From positions 310,001 through 374,000 of the forward strand of contig KZ538006.1 in the NCBI GenBank assembly GCA_000934665.2: a stretch of DNA of 64,000 bases, read 5' to 3'. The DNA comes from Catajapyx aquilonaris. Its lineage: Eukaryota. Under the pieces are notes generated by a model. It was not told the origin of the DNA. It saw nothing but the letters and a program-made list of their open reading frames with translations, and did no database searches. This document shows positions 27,301 to 41,786 of this stretch, piece by piece. The position numbers were made by a program, and so were the translations under genes. Numbering within the stretch: position 1 is the first letter of the stretch; every line of letters starts with the position of its first letter.

Positions 27301-27415
27301 GGCCGACTTCTTCTTCCAACCTTGGTCTCAAGAGGCAGTTTGCCGCTACTTTTATACCAAGGTGCAGCAGAAGAGGGCCGAATTGGAGCAAGCTCTAGGG
27401 ATACGCAACACATAA
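21369..27415 (+). CDS. Bap60: SWI/SNF subunit Bap60/SMARCD (SWIB domain), 4 coding exons, ~4-kb first intron
   Basis: [11 protein letters not shown]...AYP|gtgagt; [57 protein letters not shown] domain [30 protein letters not shown]; ends [13 protein letters not shown] at 27415. Confidence 0.96.
22253..22387. mobile_element. PIF/Harbinger (Tourist-like) MITE, 135 bp
   Basis: TIR gggccagttgcac...gtgcaactggccc with inverted similarity extending almost to the centre; TAA TSD at 22250-22252 and 22388-22390. Confidence 0.8.
22406..22713 (+). mobile_element. Non-autonomous Helitron (Lep1/HINE-like), 308 bp
   Basis: Inserted between A and T; 5' TC terminus, (gtct)n microsatellite near the 5' end, GC-rich 3' hairpin cccgggcgacgccggg (22683-22698), 3' end CCAG (variant of CTAG). 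Confidence 0.65.
23354..23447. repeat. Two abutting perfect palindromes (13-bp and 33-bp arms, 1-nt spacers)
   Basis: actagtgtataat-a-attatacactagt (23354-23380) immediately followed by attactccacaaccacgaccaaaccatcataat-t-attatgatggtttggtcgtggttgtggagtaat (23381-23447). Confidence 0.9.
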
Positions 27416-28018
27416 ATTTATCATTTCACATTCCTAGCGTTACTTTGCATTTATATGTATCGCTTTCTCATATTTGTACCCAGCCTTGTGTGTAGTTTGT
27501 AAGGATTAAAAGGACATGAATTTAGGATGTCAAGAAATGTAATTTTTTTTTATTTCCGACTCCACATGGAAAGTAAAAAGACAATTAACTGTCACAAGTT
27601 TCTGCAACATATCAAAACTAATGGATTTGTTTACACTTCTAACAACCACCGTTGGACTACACATGTGAGAACAGGCTTTGAGTATGTGGTGTTTTTTTCT
27701 TTTCTTTTTGTGAATGTATGTGAGAAGTGGGATGGAAATGTGTAGGGGGGAGGAAGTGCACTGATGAAACATTTTTATTGCTCTGCGTCTGAACTGTCGC
27801 AGGCACAAGAGTCCACTTGTGGTTGAGCAAGTGACTGGCACTCAATTGCCCAAAGAAGAAAATGTTGAAGGAGAGAAGATGAGGGATTGGAAAGGCCTCT
27901 CTTTGGCTCCTGAACTGCATATTTAATGGCAGCAAAATTTTTGGCAAGAGGCCATAGTTTGAGGTGGTGGGAGGTTTGGGGAGGAGAGAAGGGATGAGAT
28001 TTTTGAGAAAAGGCACGT

Positions 28019-31000
28019 TCAGACCTCTTCTGAAACACAGTTACGGAGCAGAGTGTAACTATCTCTTGACCTCCATGCACGCATGGAGAGTTCTTTGGGA
28101 CTCCCCGTTGCACTTCCAGTCACTTCCTGGCCGGGTCGGAGATCCCTGCTTGATAAGGATTGTGGCCCACCTTCAACCGAGGTGGTCACCTCTGAGAGTT
28201 CACATGCTGTCATCTCCATGGGAGTGGCAGGGGCAGAATTGAAGCTGTTGGCCACCCACACTTTCCTTCGGCTGCCAGCACTGGATTTCCTGAAGTGTTG
28301 CATAATGATTAGATTCATTTGATTAACTACTTTTTTTGTGAGAAACTTCCAGTTTGTCTTCTTGTTACCTTCTAGTTCTGGGTGCAGGAGTGGTTGGTTC
28401 GGTTGTGTTAACGGCAGCGTACCCCTGAGGCAGTGCGGAGGATGAGGAAGAAGTGGCCGTTAGAAGTCGGTTGGCCAGCAACACTGACGGTTGCAGGCGG
28501 AGCAGACTGACTGAATGGAAGCATCGTCTGAGCTTGTGCGGCAATGACTGGTGATGGTGGTGCTGATGAACACTTCCGCAGCTCCCAGTTGCAGACCGAG
28601 AGAGCAGCTTAGGACCCTTCCTTGATTCCTTTGCCTTATGTCTCTCGGTCAGCGGGAGCTCCTCTTTGTCTTCATCTTCCTGGTCATGATCATCTGGATC
28701 GCTATGCTCCTCACCATCTTGGCGACGGTGAAAGCAATGGTGCTGGTTTGTGGCAGGCGACGTTGGCTGCAGCTCCCACGTCAGCTGCTGCACTTTGTGT
28801 AACAGGTCACGAAGTTCTTGAGTGGGAGTTGCGACCATCAGCGACGTTGGCCTGTTAGGAGGCGGCATCGACCCTGAAGGAGTGGTAGGCATTGGAGGGG
28901 ACGCAGGTGTAGCTGGGCCTAAACTGCTCAGCTCCGATGATCCCCTTCCTTCCGATGAGGCTGCCCCGGGGTGGACACCACTTGTGCCACCGCCTGCCGA
29001 AGCAGGCGATTGTATGAGTCCTCCAGAGCAGTAATAGTCGCTGCTACCAGCTGGCCAGTAGCAGGAAGAAGAAGGCACAGTGGTGGTAGGGATAGTGATT
29101 GATGTGCTGGGAGGTCTGACCCAGGACCAGTTTGTAGGCATGGTTGGGGAGGAACAGGAGGAGGAGGAGTTGGCCCCTGGGCCAAGGCTGCCACTGCCAC
29201 TGCCGCTTGCAAAACCACCCATCTGCTGCTGGTGGAGCAGTGACGGCACACCACTGCTGCTGGCCGTGGCTATCTCTGCGTTGCTAGATGTCACAGAGCT
29301 ATCTGGAATACGCAACAACAATGATTGATGCCGTTGGCACAATCTGCAACACTTACTTTGTGTCCTCATGAAGTAATTTCTGATGAAATGCGAGTGTCCA
29401 GTGACCATGAACTTGTTGCCCAGCTCGTGTCCACTTATAACCAACGGGTACAGGTCAGGCTTGGACGCCACCTGAAATCACCGGAGTGTAAAGTGACCGC
29501 AAGACACTTTTGTCATACAGCGAGTACCTCACTGTACGGAGGAGGAGCAAGGAAAGAGGCGCATCGGCTGTACTGCGGAGGAGGACAGAAGGCAGAGTCG
29601 TCCTCGGAAGGAGTGTCCTCCTCTGCAGAAGATGTCCGTCGACACAAGCAGTGGCAGTGTCCACTTGACGACAACAGAGCGTGTCGTCTTCGCCAGAACC
29701 CGCAGCCTCCGAAGCAAGACACCAGCAGGAAGAGCAAGATGAACCTGAAGCAACAACATTGTTGATGAGATATGATGTCTCTTACACCATATAAGACTTT
29801 ATTAATTGCAAACTAATTTCATTATTGCCTATTGTTGCGCAGAATATTTGAAGACAAAATGTCTCCAAAACGCTTGAGCCATCGGGGCAAGAGTCTCAGA
29901 GCCACTGATTTTACTGTTTCTTCCGGGCTAGAAACTTTTATCCGACTTTGTTTTCTGAGACCAAAGTGCTTTTCGGTACAATCACACTGATGGCCTCAAG
30001 ATTGGGGGACTTGCAGACGAAGTTGAAGACTTTTCGGTGCTGGCGGGCGGCTCCTTTTTACACAGGTTTCTATACAAAAGGACTATAGTGCATAAATATA
30101 TCTGGATATTATGCTGATGTGTCCCTAATGCTTTAATTTAAAATATTAAGTTGAATGTCATTTATACTGATTTTCAGCATGTTCCTGTGGTAATATTTGA
30201 GTTTCATTCGAAGTTTCGCGGAAACCTCTCATTTCGCCAATTCCGCTGTGTCTGAGACGAAAAACGGGGCCGGGGATTTTATATCCCGAGGTCGGTGCTC
30301 CCAGTCCCAAGAGTTCAAATTTAATCAGACTTATAGGCTTAAAGAAGTCTTATAAATTGAATCAATGAAAAGTTGAGGGGGATCCAATCGTCTCTATTCA
30401 GATTCGCGACGAAACTCGTAAAAAAAAATCTCATTTAAATAACGACATATTGTTGGCGCCGCATTCATTTTCACTGTACCGTAGAAAATAATAATCCAAA
30501 TAATAATAAGAAGAAGAAACAAAAAGAGGCCCCGGAGGGATTCGAACCCTCGATCTCCTGTTTACTAGACAGGCGCTTTAACCAACTAAGCCACGGCGCC
30601 TTTGGTTGCAACCTATACTTTCTGTTAAAGCTGATATGATGCACATGCATTAATCATAAAATGTATCAAAAAAATTTGAATATGCATTAGGGAACATCAC
30701 AAGTCTGTTAGTCCCCCAATTTTTTATTTAAAAAAACTCATTATGGAAAAGGCTCATATATCCGGATATTAGTCAGTTTCCTTTACCTGCCAAAGATTAG
30801 CTTGTTAAAACTTCAAAGTTCAAAATTAATCAGACTTGGGATGATTAATCGATTAGATGAAAACTTGTCGGATCCCACCGGGCACCCCTTCTGACGCTTC
30901 ATACTTTAAAAGCACTTTTAGCAAATGGCAATAAAAAGGCACTTTTATCAAAATAATTAGCAAAAAGAGGCCCCGGAGGGATTCGAACCCTCGATCTCCT

Positions 31001-34000
31001 GTTTACTAGACAGGCGCTTTAACCAACTAAGCCACGGCGCCTTTGGTTGAAAGGAAAAGGGTTATCAATGACCTTAACAGTTACATACAGGCCGTATCTG
31101 GAAACCCGATACTGTAACGTACATTATCATACCCACATCTGCCCAACACATTTTGCGCTTCAAGGAAAGTCATTACATGATATCACACGCGCTGCAATAG
31201 CCTTTCAATTAAAATATTCAATAACCGCATTGTCGCAACATCGTGCTGACACTTCACAAGCGGGCGATAACAATGAAAAAAAAAAGAGTACATGATGAAC
31301 CATATCTCCCCGGCAGCTCCATTACACCCCTGGGGGTGATCTCATTTTAATTTGCATCATATCAGTCCACCCCCTCATATCAACAATAAATCCTGGTTTT
31401 GACATATCATCAATCGATGACCATCCCCTCCCCGGTTTCACTCTGTATAATGTTTGGACAGTGGTGAGGAAGCCCCCACACTCTCTCCTGTAGACAAACA
31501 GATCCTTTCTGTAAAAAGCGGAACCCACTCCGGATATTGACCTTGTAGATCAGACTACCCGCAACTTCCATTTGGCTCCTGGGAATTCTCGAAAAGGTTT
31601 CTCGACGGAAAGAAAAACATCTGAGGACCATCCGAAAAAGAAGGAAAAGAAAAAAAATCAAATTACATTCAAAGAAGTGCTTTTTTTTATCTGAAGACGG
31701 TGCAAGAAATGAAATCGTCGTTATCATGACTTGAGAAACGAGGCCACTGGGAAGGACTGTTGAAAAGAACTACCCTATATATATGGAAGGTACTGTAAAA
31801 ACACGCGATTTGCTCTTTTACTGCGAGGCTACAACACGAATTTGGCACACTGTATTCAATTTTTTTGAATTGTATCTAGTGAGGACTATCTTCATATAAT
31901 GATTGTGGTATTGGAATTTGCGGTGCACCAAAATTAAGGTGGAGTCACGCTCAGACTTGGCTCAACTCCAATCCGGGTTTTTTTTTTTTGCCCCAAAAAT
32001 GTTCTAATCCGGCCCAAATAACAAGAGGGCGACTCTATGGCGCCCACCTATATAGCTCCAGGTCTTTTTAACAAAAAAAAAAATTATCCAGGAGCCCGAG
32101 GCTTTCATTCAATATTCAGAGTGGTCAAAAGAATTGCTGCGGGGTTTTCTCCCCCTAGTTTTATTTTGTTGGCTAGTGATTGTTGCTCACCAGAAGTACC
32201 AGTAGTTCCAGAAACTGAAGCTGTAGAGATAAGGCGACAGTGGATTGTGCGGGTGGAACTCTGGAGGGGTGTAGACATAGCAACATCCAGATGCGCAGCA
32301 CTCTTTGGGCGGCGCGCAGCTGGAACGACATATCGACATTTAGTTAGAGCAACAACGCATACATGTCAACGACCAATGCCGTTCCCATTAAAGCCTGAAT
32401 TAATTACGACAACAAATTTTGCGAAATTTTGGAAGAAACAAATTTTTTACTCCCGAGAAAAATGGCGGTACTTACAAGTGCCCATCTTCGCAGTACTTTC
32501 CCAGCACCTGTAAGGAGAATAGCAAAATTATACATCACATCAGAGCCCCCTATTTTGCATGCATTATTTTCCAGAGCTCTATCTCATCCTGCCTGAGATT
32601 CCAGAAAATTGCGCCAAAGTCATCTCCTATCTGTATATGTGCGAACTGGAGGGAATCGAATTGCAGGCGAGGATGATCGGAATTTATGGAAGTAATTTTC
32701 CAGCAGAGAGGAAAACCTGCACTGTGTCTTCACTATTAGAAGATTCTCGGCTGGCACCCCCCGAGGAAATAAGTCTTCCAAGATATGATAACCAGAGAAA
32801 CTGCTTTTAGATCACTTCTTCGCCTTTTCCTCCTCAGTGTGCTTCATGCGGTTCAATTTGCCTGTGGGCTATTTTTCTTATCTGGCGATAGAAAAGGACT
32901 TTATAACTGATATGGTTTGATGCATTCATATTGCTTGGGCTTATGAAAAATGAGGTAGGGTCAGCGGTATCAAGGTGACGTCTTTATATTTTATGGCTCT
33001 CATTTTGACCCCTTCCGTGCTTTATAGTTGAAGGCAATCTCACTTGAAATGTAAAGCTGGTCACTTGACCGTAATCAATCATTTGTGGGTGATTCGTGCT
33101 TAGAATAATGCTGCTTATTCTGTTGTTTCATGTGCCAGTGTTACAGTAATTTCAACTACAGTGCATTATCCCATTATCCATTTCCACATGTGTCGCAGTC
33201 GCATTTTTGCCAGTGCACTTTCATTGTTCCGTGAATAAGTGATGATGCAGTCTGTCACTCTGGCTTATTCACATTTTCTCTAAATTATTCCCAGTGGTTT
33301 TTCCTTCTTTCTCACATGGAACTAGCACCAATTGATTTTGGGTGTTCTATAGGACTGAAGCACGTCAATTTGAATAAATATTTTATGCAAATTGATGATG
33401 CTATTTAAGAAGTGATTGTGTCAGTCGGGAGGAATGGACTCTATTTTGAGTGTAAACACCACTCAAAATAATTTAGACATTTTGTAGAGGAAAAGGCCCA
33501 TGCTGAATTTTTGAGGTGGCAAAAATGTCAAGCTTATGTCCTGTGTTTTCCATGTATTTTCCATAGCCTGTCATGAAATTTTGACTTCAGTTAAGCATCT
33601 CCCACAGCACTTAGCCCTTGACAGGCCATCAAAAGGCGGGCATGGGCCAGAAATACATGACAATCAGATTAGTATCACATTGCATTCTTTTCACATTTTT
33701 CTACAGTATATCAAACGACGCAAGATGTATTTAAAAATCAGAATTTTTTGGGGCTTACTCACTGTCCAGTCTTTCCCCACAATTATCAATTTAGCAAACC
33801 CAAAATGGCCATCACCATAATCCATCGCATGCCCTGAACTTACCATCCTGAATACCAACGATCTCGCATCATCAAAAATTCAAGAATCCTCTACATAAAT
33901 TTCCAAAACGTGCCTTATAAGCGGGTTAGAACCGCGACCTTGATTTATTTTTTTAAAAAAACCGTCCTACATGAAAAACTCAATGTTTTTTGGGGGGGTT

Positions 34001-37000
34001 CCTACCAGTGTGTTTTGAGTATCGACCCAACTGTGGCCTGGGCTTGGCTGGCCTCCCAACAGAATGTACGTTTTGTTACATAGTTTGCATGCAGTGAAGC
34101 ACATGTTTTGCTGACTGAGTGACCACCGCCCAATAATTTCTGACCTCTCCTTTTTTGCCTGGCTTTCCTCTGCCCTACCCCCTGGCCTCTGCCTGCGCTG
34201 ATATTGATTTGAAATGCAGCCATTGTAGAGAAGGGAGAGGGAGAGAGAGAGTATCGAGCTAGTTTGCTCCCGTATCAAGGCCGATTTCTAAGAGCACAGC
34301 TTGACGTCAGTCTTCCGTGGGCCTCTGCCGTCTGTACCAGACACGGGAAATAAATACAGGAGGTGTCGTAATGAGTCGCAAATGCTCCCAGAGCTCAACA
34401 GCTGCAGTGGGACATTATTATAAAAATTACGCGAATTTCTCTTACAACTAATACCCAATGCAACAAATTCGACAAATAATACGAAGTACAAAAAATGTGA
34501 CAAATAATAAAAATGCAAATAGGAAAAACGCTAAAAATTGTACAAAAAATTGAAGAGTACAAAAAATACACACAAATAATTTTTGCAACATACACGTACA
34601 GTACATAAAATGATAAGGAACAGACATCAGACACCTGCTGTATATTTTCTGGAGACGAAAAGCACCAACATGTTTTATTGGCGGAAGTGCTCGTTAATTA
34701 GCTGGTAATGGCGCAATAATGGAAATTGCGGGATTGCGAGAACCCAGCAGGACACTGTTTATGGGGATGTGCTGCATTTTGTTATTTTGTATGGAAAGCT
34801 GGTGGCTTGCCTATATGCTGATGATGCTTGTGCTACTGTATGGTAATGAGACTTGGGATTATGAGTCGGTGATGACAACGCGGCAGGGCGGTATTGACAG
34901 CGTTATCGGGGAGGGTTCAAAGACTCGTGCTGCTTTTGTTGTGGGAAAGCATATTTTTGCGAGGACGAAGGCCCCGAGATAACTTCATTTTGGAGTATAC
35001 TGTATGGAAGCTGGGTTGTTGAGCCAGTGGCCTATATGGCCATGTAGTTTCGCAAACACAATAAGGCACCAATAAATCATAATTATAGTAAAGGTGAATG
35101 CTCTCACCTGCCCAAAACCAATAAGCAATTGCTCCTTTTTTGTCAAAGTTGGGCTTGAACTTTTTTGATTAACACGCTGAAGTTTGAGAATCCGTACTGG
35201 TTAATAATAATAATTCCTATAGACTTTGTCGTCGACATTCCTGGGTTCTGGCTCTCTCCCGAATTCTCTTTGGCAACAAACTGTGAGCGAGAACAAATCG
35301 ACCAGGCAGGAAATTAAAGCCCAGAAAAACCGATAGCAGTGAAAAGAGAGACTTCCGTCTTCCTTAGCACTCTACTAATGAGGCAGCCTCGTTCCTTTTC
35401 GACCCTGTCTAGTACTATAAACTACGGCATTATTACTACAGATTCGTCATGGTCGGAATTTAAACCGAGAATTGCGTAGCCGCGTATAGTAGGTATACAG
35501 TACTACTGACATGGTGCTGACATACCGTTTGATTTATTCTGGGTTTTACTGCGAGCACAGTGCGACTGGCTTGGGTAACACACACTATCTATCAATCTAT
35601 CAAACGCATAAAGCGCAGTGGTTCGTAGATTCCCGGTACATTTAACACGGTGCTGACACTCAATCCGCTTGAAAATGCCAATCAGTTTTGGTCCAATCAC
35701 CCATCGGGGAATTATGTTGCCAACACCAGTGTCCGCTTTTTTGGGGGGTGCTGGGGGAGACTATAATGCCTTTGTGCAATGGTCGGAAAAGAGCTGAAGG
35801 TTTTGCCTTTTTTTTTAAAAAAAAGGAGGAAGAGTGGCCGTTGGGTAATCCAACCCGGATTATGGGGCACTCAGCGTGGACAGCAGGACTTCCGGAGGTA
35901 AATCCAGAAGCAGCACCCTAGGCCTGGTTTCCAATAGGACATTGATCGGAGAGAGTGGGGGGGTGAGCTACATTGACTAAAAATAAACCACGTTGGTTTG
36001 TCTAGTGGCCGCTACTGGATGGCCAACTTTCGCTTGCATAATTCCTTGTGTTTGTAAAATGGCGGACACATCACGCCAACATTGCATGACCTGCTTTGCT
36101 TTGACGGGTCAAGAGCCAAACCCAACATTTTGTATAAGTATAGCTGCAAGATGCAAATGGAACCCAAATTGCGCTATACCCCCGTTGAAAATTTATCCAC
36201 CTGACATTTGTACATTTCTCCATGGTTTCTCCAGGGTGGAGGCCCAGGAAATTGGGAGAAACCCACCTGCTCTTGCAGTCTTTTCCTGAGCCGACTATAC
36301 CTAGTTTTTAAAATTCATCACCTCATTTTGGGATCCCAAAGGGGCTTGGAATGCTGAATTGTAACCTTTTGTTCCTTTTTTCCTCCAGGGCTCTTTAGAG
36401 GCATCCGGTACATTACCCCAAATTGGTCAGGGGAGGTTGGGAGGGGGGGGAGGGGGGGGAAGGGACTTGAGAGAAAGATGGAAGTCGCCTTCTGGACTGA
36501 ATAGGGAGGCCCTTCCAATAAGTTGATTACGTGAAGGTCAGTGGCCATTCTTGGATGGGTTGAATGATGGGGATGTCTCTGGAGGAGGCACCAATTTTCC
36601 AGAACACTGGTATATATAGGGAATAACTGTGCTTGAGCCAGTAATTAATCAAGGTTGGAATAATGTGTTTCAGCGACAAATGGAAATATAAAATAGTATA
36701 ATAGAGCATGGTTTTCAAATAACATTTGGACGGATCACGTCGAGTGGAGGTGGAAATTGGCCAGGAGCTTTAGTTAATTAATCCTAATTCGAAGTAGAAT
36801 GAAATAATCCTCGTGGTATAGCAAAGTTTGTCAAACTGTAAGCGCAATTAATGTTTCCCTTCCGGGGTAATACGTCCCCTATTATACCGGAATAATGGAC
36901 AGCTATAATGGGTATATGGACTCGGATGTGCTTTATATACATTGACACTCGAGCCACACACAAATTAAGGTGCAGGCTTGCATTGCATCAACATATTATT

Positions 37001-40000
37001 ATTAGCTAGCAAATTACACATAGGGCCTACTGTACGTATATGCCTTTAGGGCTTAGGCTATACGAATAACTGTATGCTGGCATGTTGCAAGTTACTTCGT
37101 AAACAGTAGTGTTTCTATACTCGCAGTGCGGTATATTAGGTTAATTACTACAAGAAGTATCCTTATTGGCAAATAATAGCAGCCTAAATGGGCCAAGATT
37201 ATAACTGGCACCGTGTCATTATGTCTGACGAAAAGAAGTGGGGCAGAGAGGTGGGGGGAATAATGCATGATGGTTTTGCTTTGTTTTCATCTTTTAGTGT
37301 ACAGTGTACACCGTAATACCGCATTGCGTCTATAGGAGCAGAGCCAATTTATTTAACCTTGACATTCCAACAAGTGTTTGAAAATGTGAATGTCAAGTAG
37401 CTATTCGGTCGCTAAATATCGTCAGGGCCAGGGAGAATCGACCTTTGATTTTTCTAAAAAATTCCCACAGGTCTTGACATTACACACTGCAGGTGAAGGC
37501 TGCGAAATAATTATTGCAACATTTGCACGAAACAGTAAAAAAAAAAAACTTTCTACAGTGCAGAAAGTGAATTCCTCTTTATTAGAGTTTCTCCCGGTTG
37601 TCCAGCCTTTTTTTTTTTTGTCCCAAGCAATTCCCGTGGGACTGTCCGATGCGGTACGACAACTACCCAACTTCTAAGCCCTGCCAGAGTCCTAGCAACC
37701 AACATCGGTCGCACTTTGTTTCTCTCTAGTCTTTTATAGTCCAGCAACAGCGCAGAAGCTCAACTTAAACATTACATGCAGAACCTCAAAGCTGTAACAC
37801 AGCTGATGCAAAAGTGAGCCAAGTTTCGGAGAATACTATAGAAGCTTGCTTTTTTGTTTGTTTGTTTATAGGACAGTGATGAACCTGCATGATATTAATA
37901 TTGGGGAAAAAAATTTAAATATGTAAAAATATACGGAACCTGCTGGAGGTCTGGAACTCGATGCTTCCGCAAGTTTACAACGCCATTTTTAAAAAGGTTA
38001 CGGTTTTATGTGTGGCGGGAGGAGACATGAAAATACAAGTTTAGGAATTTATGTGACGCCGAAGAGAGGATGGCTTTCGCTTGTTTAGGAAAGTTGAGCG
38101 TATTTCGCGAATAGTTTTGGGAGGCTGCAAAACACACGTGAATGCATTACCATAATGAAAAGTTTTAATTTGAAAATTGCGCTGTTTTTTAAATATGAAG
38201 ATTATGTCATTTTTTTGTGATACGGGAAGCATCCCTATAAAAAGGAGTAATGGAATTATTCATTGTATAACTAATTAGATTATTATTTTACATTTTTGAC
38301 TAATAAAAATATATGGTATTTTGTCATGATAGAAACTTTCAGTCATCTGTATTTTTTAAAACTGATTATATGCATCACTCTAGTCTAGTGCCTAGGTTTT
38401 AAAAAGTACCATTCTGAGAATAGAGGAAAAACCACAAGAGTTTTTGCAACAAGCTGGATTGCTCTTATTTTCCTGTTTTATAAAATGAGTACAGCACCTG
38501 ATGTAGCATTCAATAACGGTTAATTGTCTAGTCTCTAGTGAAATGCTTGAATTTGACACCTCAAGAACATGGTTCTAATGTGGATGGCATCCAGGTTATT
38601 AACCTACAAAACATGTACTGGTAAATGATGTAATTACAATAGGGGTACTCTCAATCGTCCATGTAGCCTACTGTGTGCCTCTGTGTGGTCGTGTACATTA
38701 CCCATTGGCAAATGACCTCCAATTTACTCGCTCACTGCATATTAGTTAACAATGTGATGCACCATTAGAATTAACTGCCGTGTGCATAACAGTGTACACT
38801 ATAGGGTACTGTAGCCTGCATCAGGCACAGTGTATTATTACATTCACGTTGTTCTGAAATTCCGCACTGTCAATATTACCTTTGCGTGAATAAACTGGTT
38901 CACTGTTAACTCTCACACATGTCCATTCATTGGTTTAAAAATATATACAGATATTGCTGAAATCATACATGTGAAGACCAGAAATCCAGAACTGTCAGTG
39001 TCACATTTTAGGCGGAATTGAGTCAGGCATTTTGTATAAGACATCGTTCTCGAAGGGTTACAACTTCCTGATATAGTCAAGTCAGTTATTTCTAATAGAG
39101 TAATTCCTGCACTCCAGAATTCATCTAATCGGCAGTCAAATGGGACTAACGGTTCATCATATCAGGTCTTCATTTGTACACAAAACATGAAGATAACGAC
39201 ACTGAAAACGTGACGTATTCTTTTGTGCTATGAGGTAGTCCATATAATTATTATGTCATCTCATTTATTTTAGTTTGTTGAACCCCACCTCACCCACGGC
39301 CGTAATTCGCAATCATTTGTAACTCCTCCCTCGTGCCTGTTTCATTACGTCGTCATCAGCTAACTAATCATTCCCCCCTCTGAACGTGAAATTTTGCAAA
39401 TTTTTGATGTCGGTATTCCAGAGGTACAGCATACTCAGAAATAATAACAGTTTGTGGCCAATTTGAACTGTCTTTGACACTCGTGATAGTGGCAACATTT
39501 GTGGGGAAAAAACCCCATTAAAATTCCATCATCACTTGCCACATCTTCCTTAACTCTCTATCGTCATATTTAGTCATCAGGCAGCTTAGTGGATGACGTA
39601 AAATATGGACGACCCCCTGTGGTTGTAATTGTGAACATTTAGGTGCAATACGACTACCACAGTCTACGTACTACTAAGAAATGAAGCACGTTGTGTTCAG
39701 AGCCCCATAAAGGGTGTGGTAATCCTCAGGCCACTAAATACTAATTCTCAGCATAATTCGTCTGTTTAAAAAAAACACACACACACGGCGTCTGTTTTCT
39801 CGCAAATGAATCTTAAGGACATTATACTAATCCCGCATGGCAGATGAGCAATTTGCACCAGCATTTAAAAAGGTACGGTACGGCACTTTGGACCGCAAAC
39901 AGTGCACTTCTTTCTCCTCAATGTGCATTCGCGGCAACATCACAATTTTAACTGGCGCCTAGAGAGCTTTTGAAATGACTCACCTGCTAATATTTCACTG

Positions 40001-40275
40001 CCAATTTGGATCTGCTAATAATATAATTACACCTGGTCAAAATTTCCAAGTTAAAAAATGCTAACTGCATTTATTAAAAGGGGGTTGTAGGTCAGCCAAT
40101 CAAAAATACAAATTGACTGTAAAACACCCACATAACAAAATGAGTAAGCCTCTACTGATATACTTACAATGGCGGATTTAATGAAGGTATCGACCTGGGA
40201 AACATTAGAGAGAGAAATCAATTTTCAATTGCTGCCTCACGGCGCTGACTGGAATGTCACACAATGTTCCCTTCA

Positions 40276-40355
<80 letters not shown>

Positions 40356-40967
40356 GCGAATATGTACTATATGGGACAAAAAGTGAAAGCTTTTTGTCAC
40401 TTTTACTGTTCTAGTACATACAGTTCCGGCAGTAACCTATATAGGTACAGAAATTGGCAAGATCTAATCAGAGTGTACATGTTTATTTTTAGCCAGGAAA
40501 GCGTATAATTTACCCAGGAATGAATGGTTATGTTGATGAGCAGCATTCAAAAAATTTTGGCTTTCAAGGAAAGACATCCTATATTCAGCTCATGATATCT
40601 GAATAAGATAAAATTAAGCCCCTTTTAAATAATAAAAAAATCCACATTGGAAACCGCATCCGGCGCAATGAGATGCTAATGAATGGCATTCATCATCTGC
40701 ATTTGAGTGGCAGCCCTTAATGAATGGCCGCCACCAGAGCAAACCGCCAATTTTAACGGCAGTAAAAAAAAAAAGAGGAGGGGGGGTTCACTTTAAAAAA
40801 AAAAATGTATGCAAATTTTCCAGGCAAACCTGGAAATAATTCAGCGCCATGTTCCAGCATTGTTTCAGCCCCAATAAATAATTCACCTGATGCCTAAAAG
40901 CAATGGAGGTCAAACCCACCTGAGTGATGCAGAAGAACAGAAGGCCAACAACAACCTGGCTCTCCAT
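28019..40967 (-). CDS. WBP1/VOPP1-like single-pass membrane protein with Cys-rich ectodomain and PPxY motifs, ~7 exons
   Basis: Spliced reading: MESQVVVGLLFFCITQ (40967-40920) | VLGKYCEDGHF | CAPPKECCASGCCYVY...FWNYWYFW (32320-32190) | FILLFLLVSCFGGCGFWRRR...PPPQY...PPPYSE | VASKPDLYP... then a long low-complexity tail. Phases are compatible at each GT-AG junction; first and last exons are less certain. Confidence 0.75.
30527..30600 (-). tRNA. tRNA-Thr (AGT)
   Basis: 74-nt GGCGCCGTGGCTTAGTTGGTTAAAGCGCCTGTCTAGTAAACAGGAGATCGAGGGTTCGAATCCCTCCGGGGCCT; A/B boxes, anticodon AGT, oligo-T terminator. Confidence 0.97.
30968..31041 (-). tRNA. tRNA-Thr (AGT)
   Basis: Identical 74-nt copy followed by a T-run terminator. 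Confidence 0.97.
40276..40355. repeat. (ATT)n microsatellite
   Basis: ~26 ATT units with one ACT interruption; source of the spurious poly-L and poly-Y ORFs. Confidence 0.95.
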
Positions 40968-41601
40968 CACCAACAACTCCAGTTCATACCATTCTTCTAA
41001 CACTCATGTGGTACAGTTGGACACAAACACAAAGGTGGGTCTAAAAGGCAGCGATGTTCCCTGGACGTGGTGTTTGTCGATACTGAGGTAGGCTTGGTGG
41101 AGCAGCGCTTTTGGGGGCCATCAGTTTTCAGACATTCCCCACACTCAACCCCCACATGCGCACTACCAACCTTCGATCCAATTCGACATTTTTTTTTGTG
41201 TGTGCCGTCGCTTTTTCCCCCACGCAATTTTGTCAGCGAATTTGTCCCATTGCGTCCTCGCCAACTTTGCAGGGGTGTGCTTTTGAAGTGGAAAGTAGTG
41301 TAAGACACGGTCTGTTGGATCTTCAGTGCACATCGGGTATTGGCGAATTGGGAATTGCAATCGGAAATGGCGTGTAAAAATGTTGCAAAAAAAAATAAAA
41401 AATCCAAGCCGATCTACCCTGGAATTTCGACTAGTTTTCTCCTGTTTCTGACACTGGAGTTGAAAGGTTACATTTTTATGTAAAATACCACTCAATAAGT
41501 ATCGGCATTACATGCTCTCAAGTACTCCCAAAATGTTGTTTACCAGTTATAATAATGCATCGAATATGATTCCATATTTTCCCGCTCGATTCGACCTGCC
41601 C

Positions 41602-41653
41602 GCCATCTGACGGCCGATTGTTCAACTAGTAGTGCTGCCATCTGACGGCCGAT
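41602..41653. promoter_or_regulatory. Duplicated 17-bp motif (CTCF-like) in divergent WBP1-like/CNOT9 promoter
   Basis: gccatctgacggccgat at 41602-41618 and 41637-41653; reverse complement contains CCGTCAGATGGC, resembling the CTCF core. Confidence 0.5.
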
Positions 41654-41786
41654 CCAAACATTACGTCACTCTCTTTGGTGGGGCTGAAAAAGTGCGTCTC
41701 TCTTCCCGGTGTGTCCAGCTGTCCAGCTTGTTCCAGCTTGTCCAGCTGCTTCTTCGGACACTTGACCTGTATTTTTTGTGGACAGG

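Noticed and set aside
34719..34982. 87-aa hydrophobic ORF nested in the WBP1-like intron
   Set aside because: No recognisable domain, splice structure or promoter support
40169..40508. Poly-Leu and poly-Tyr ORFs
   Set aside because: Translations of the (ATT)n microsatellite
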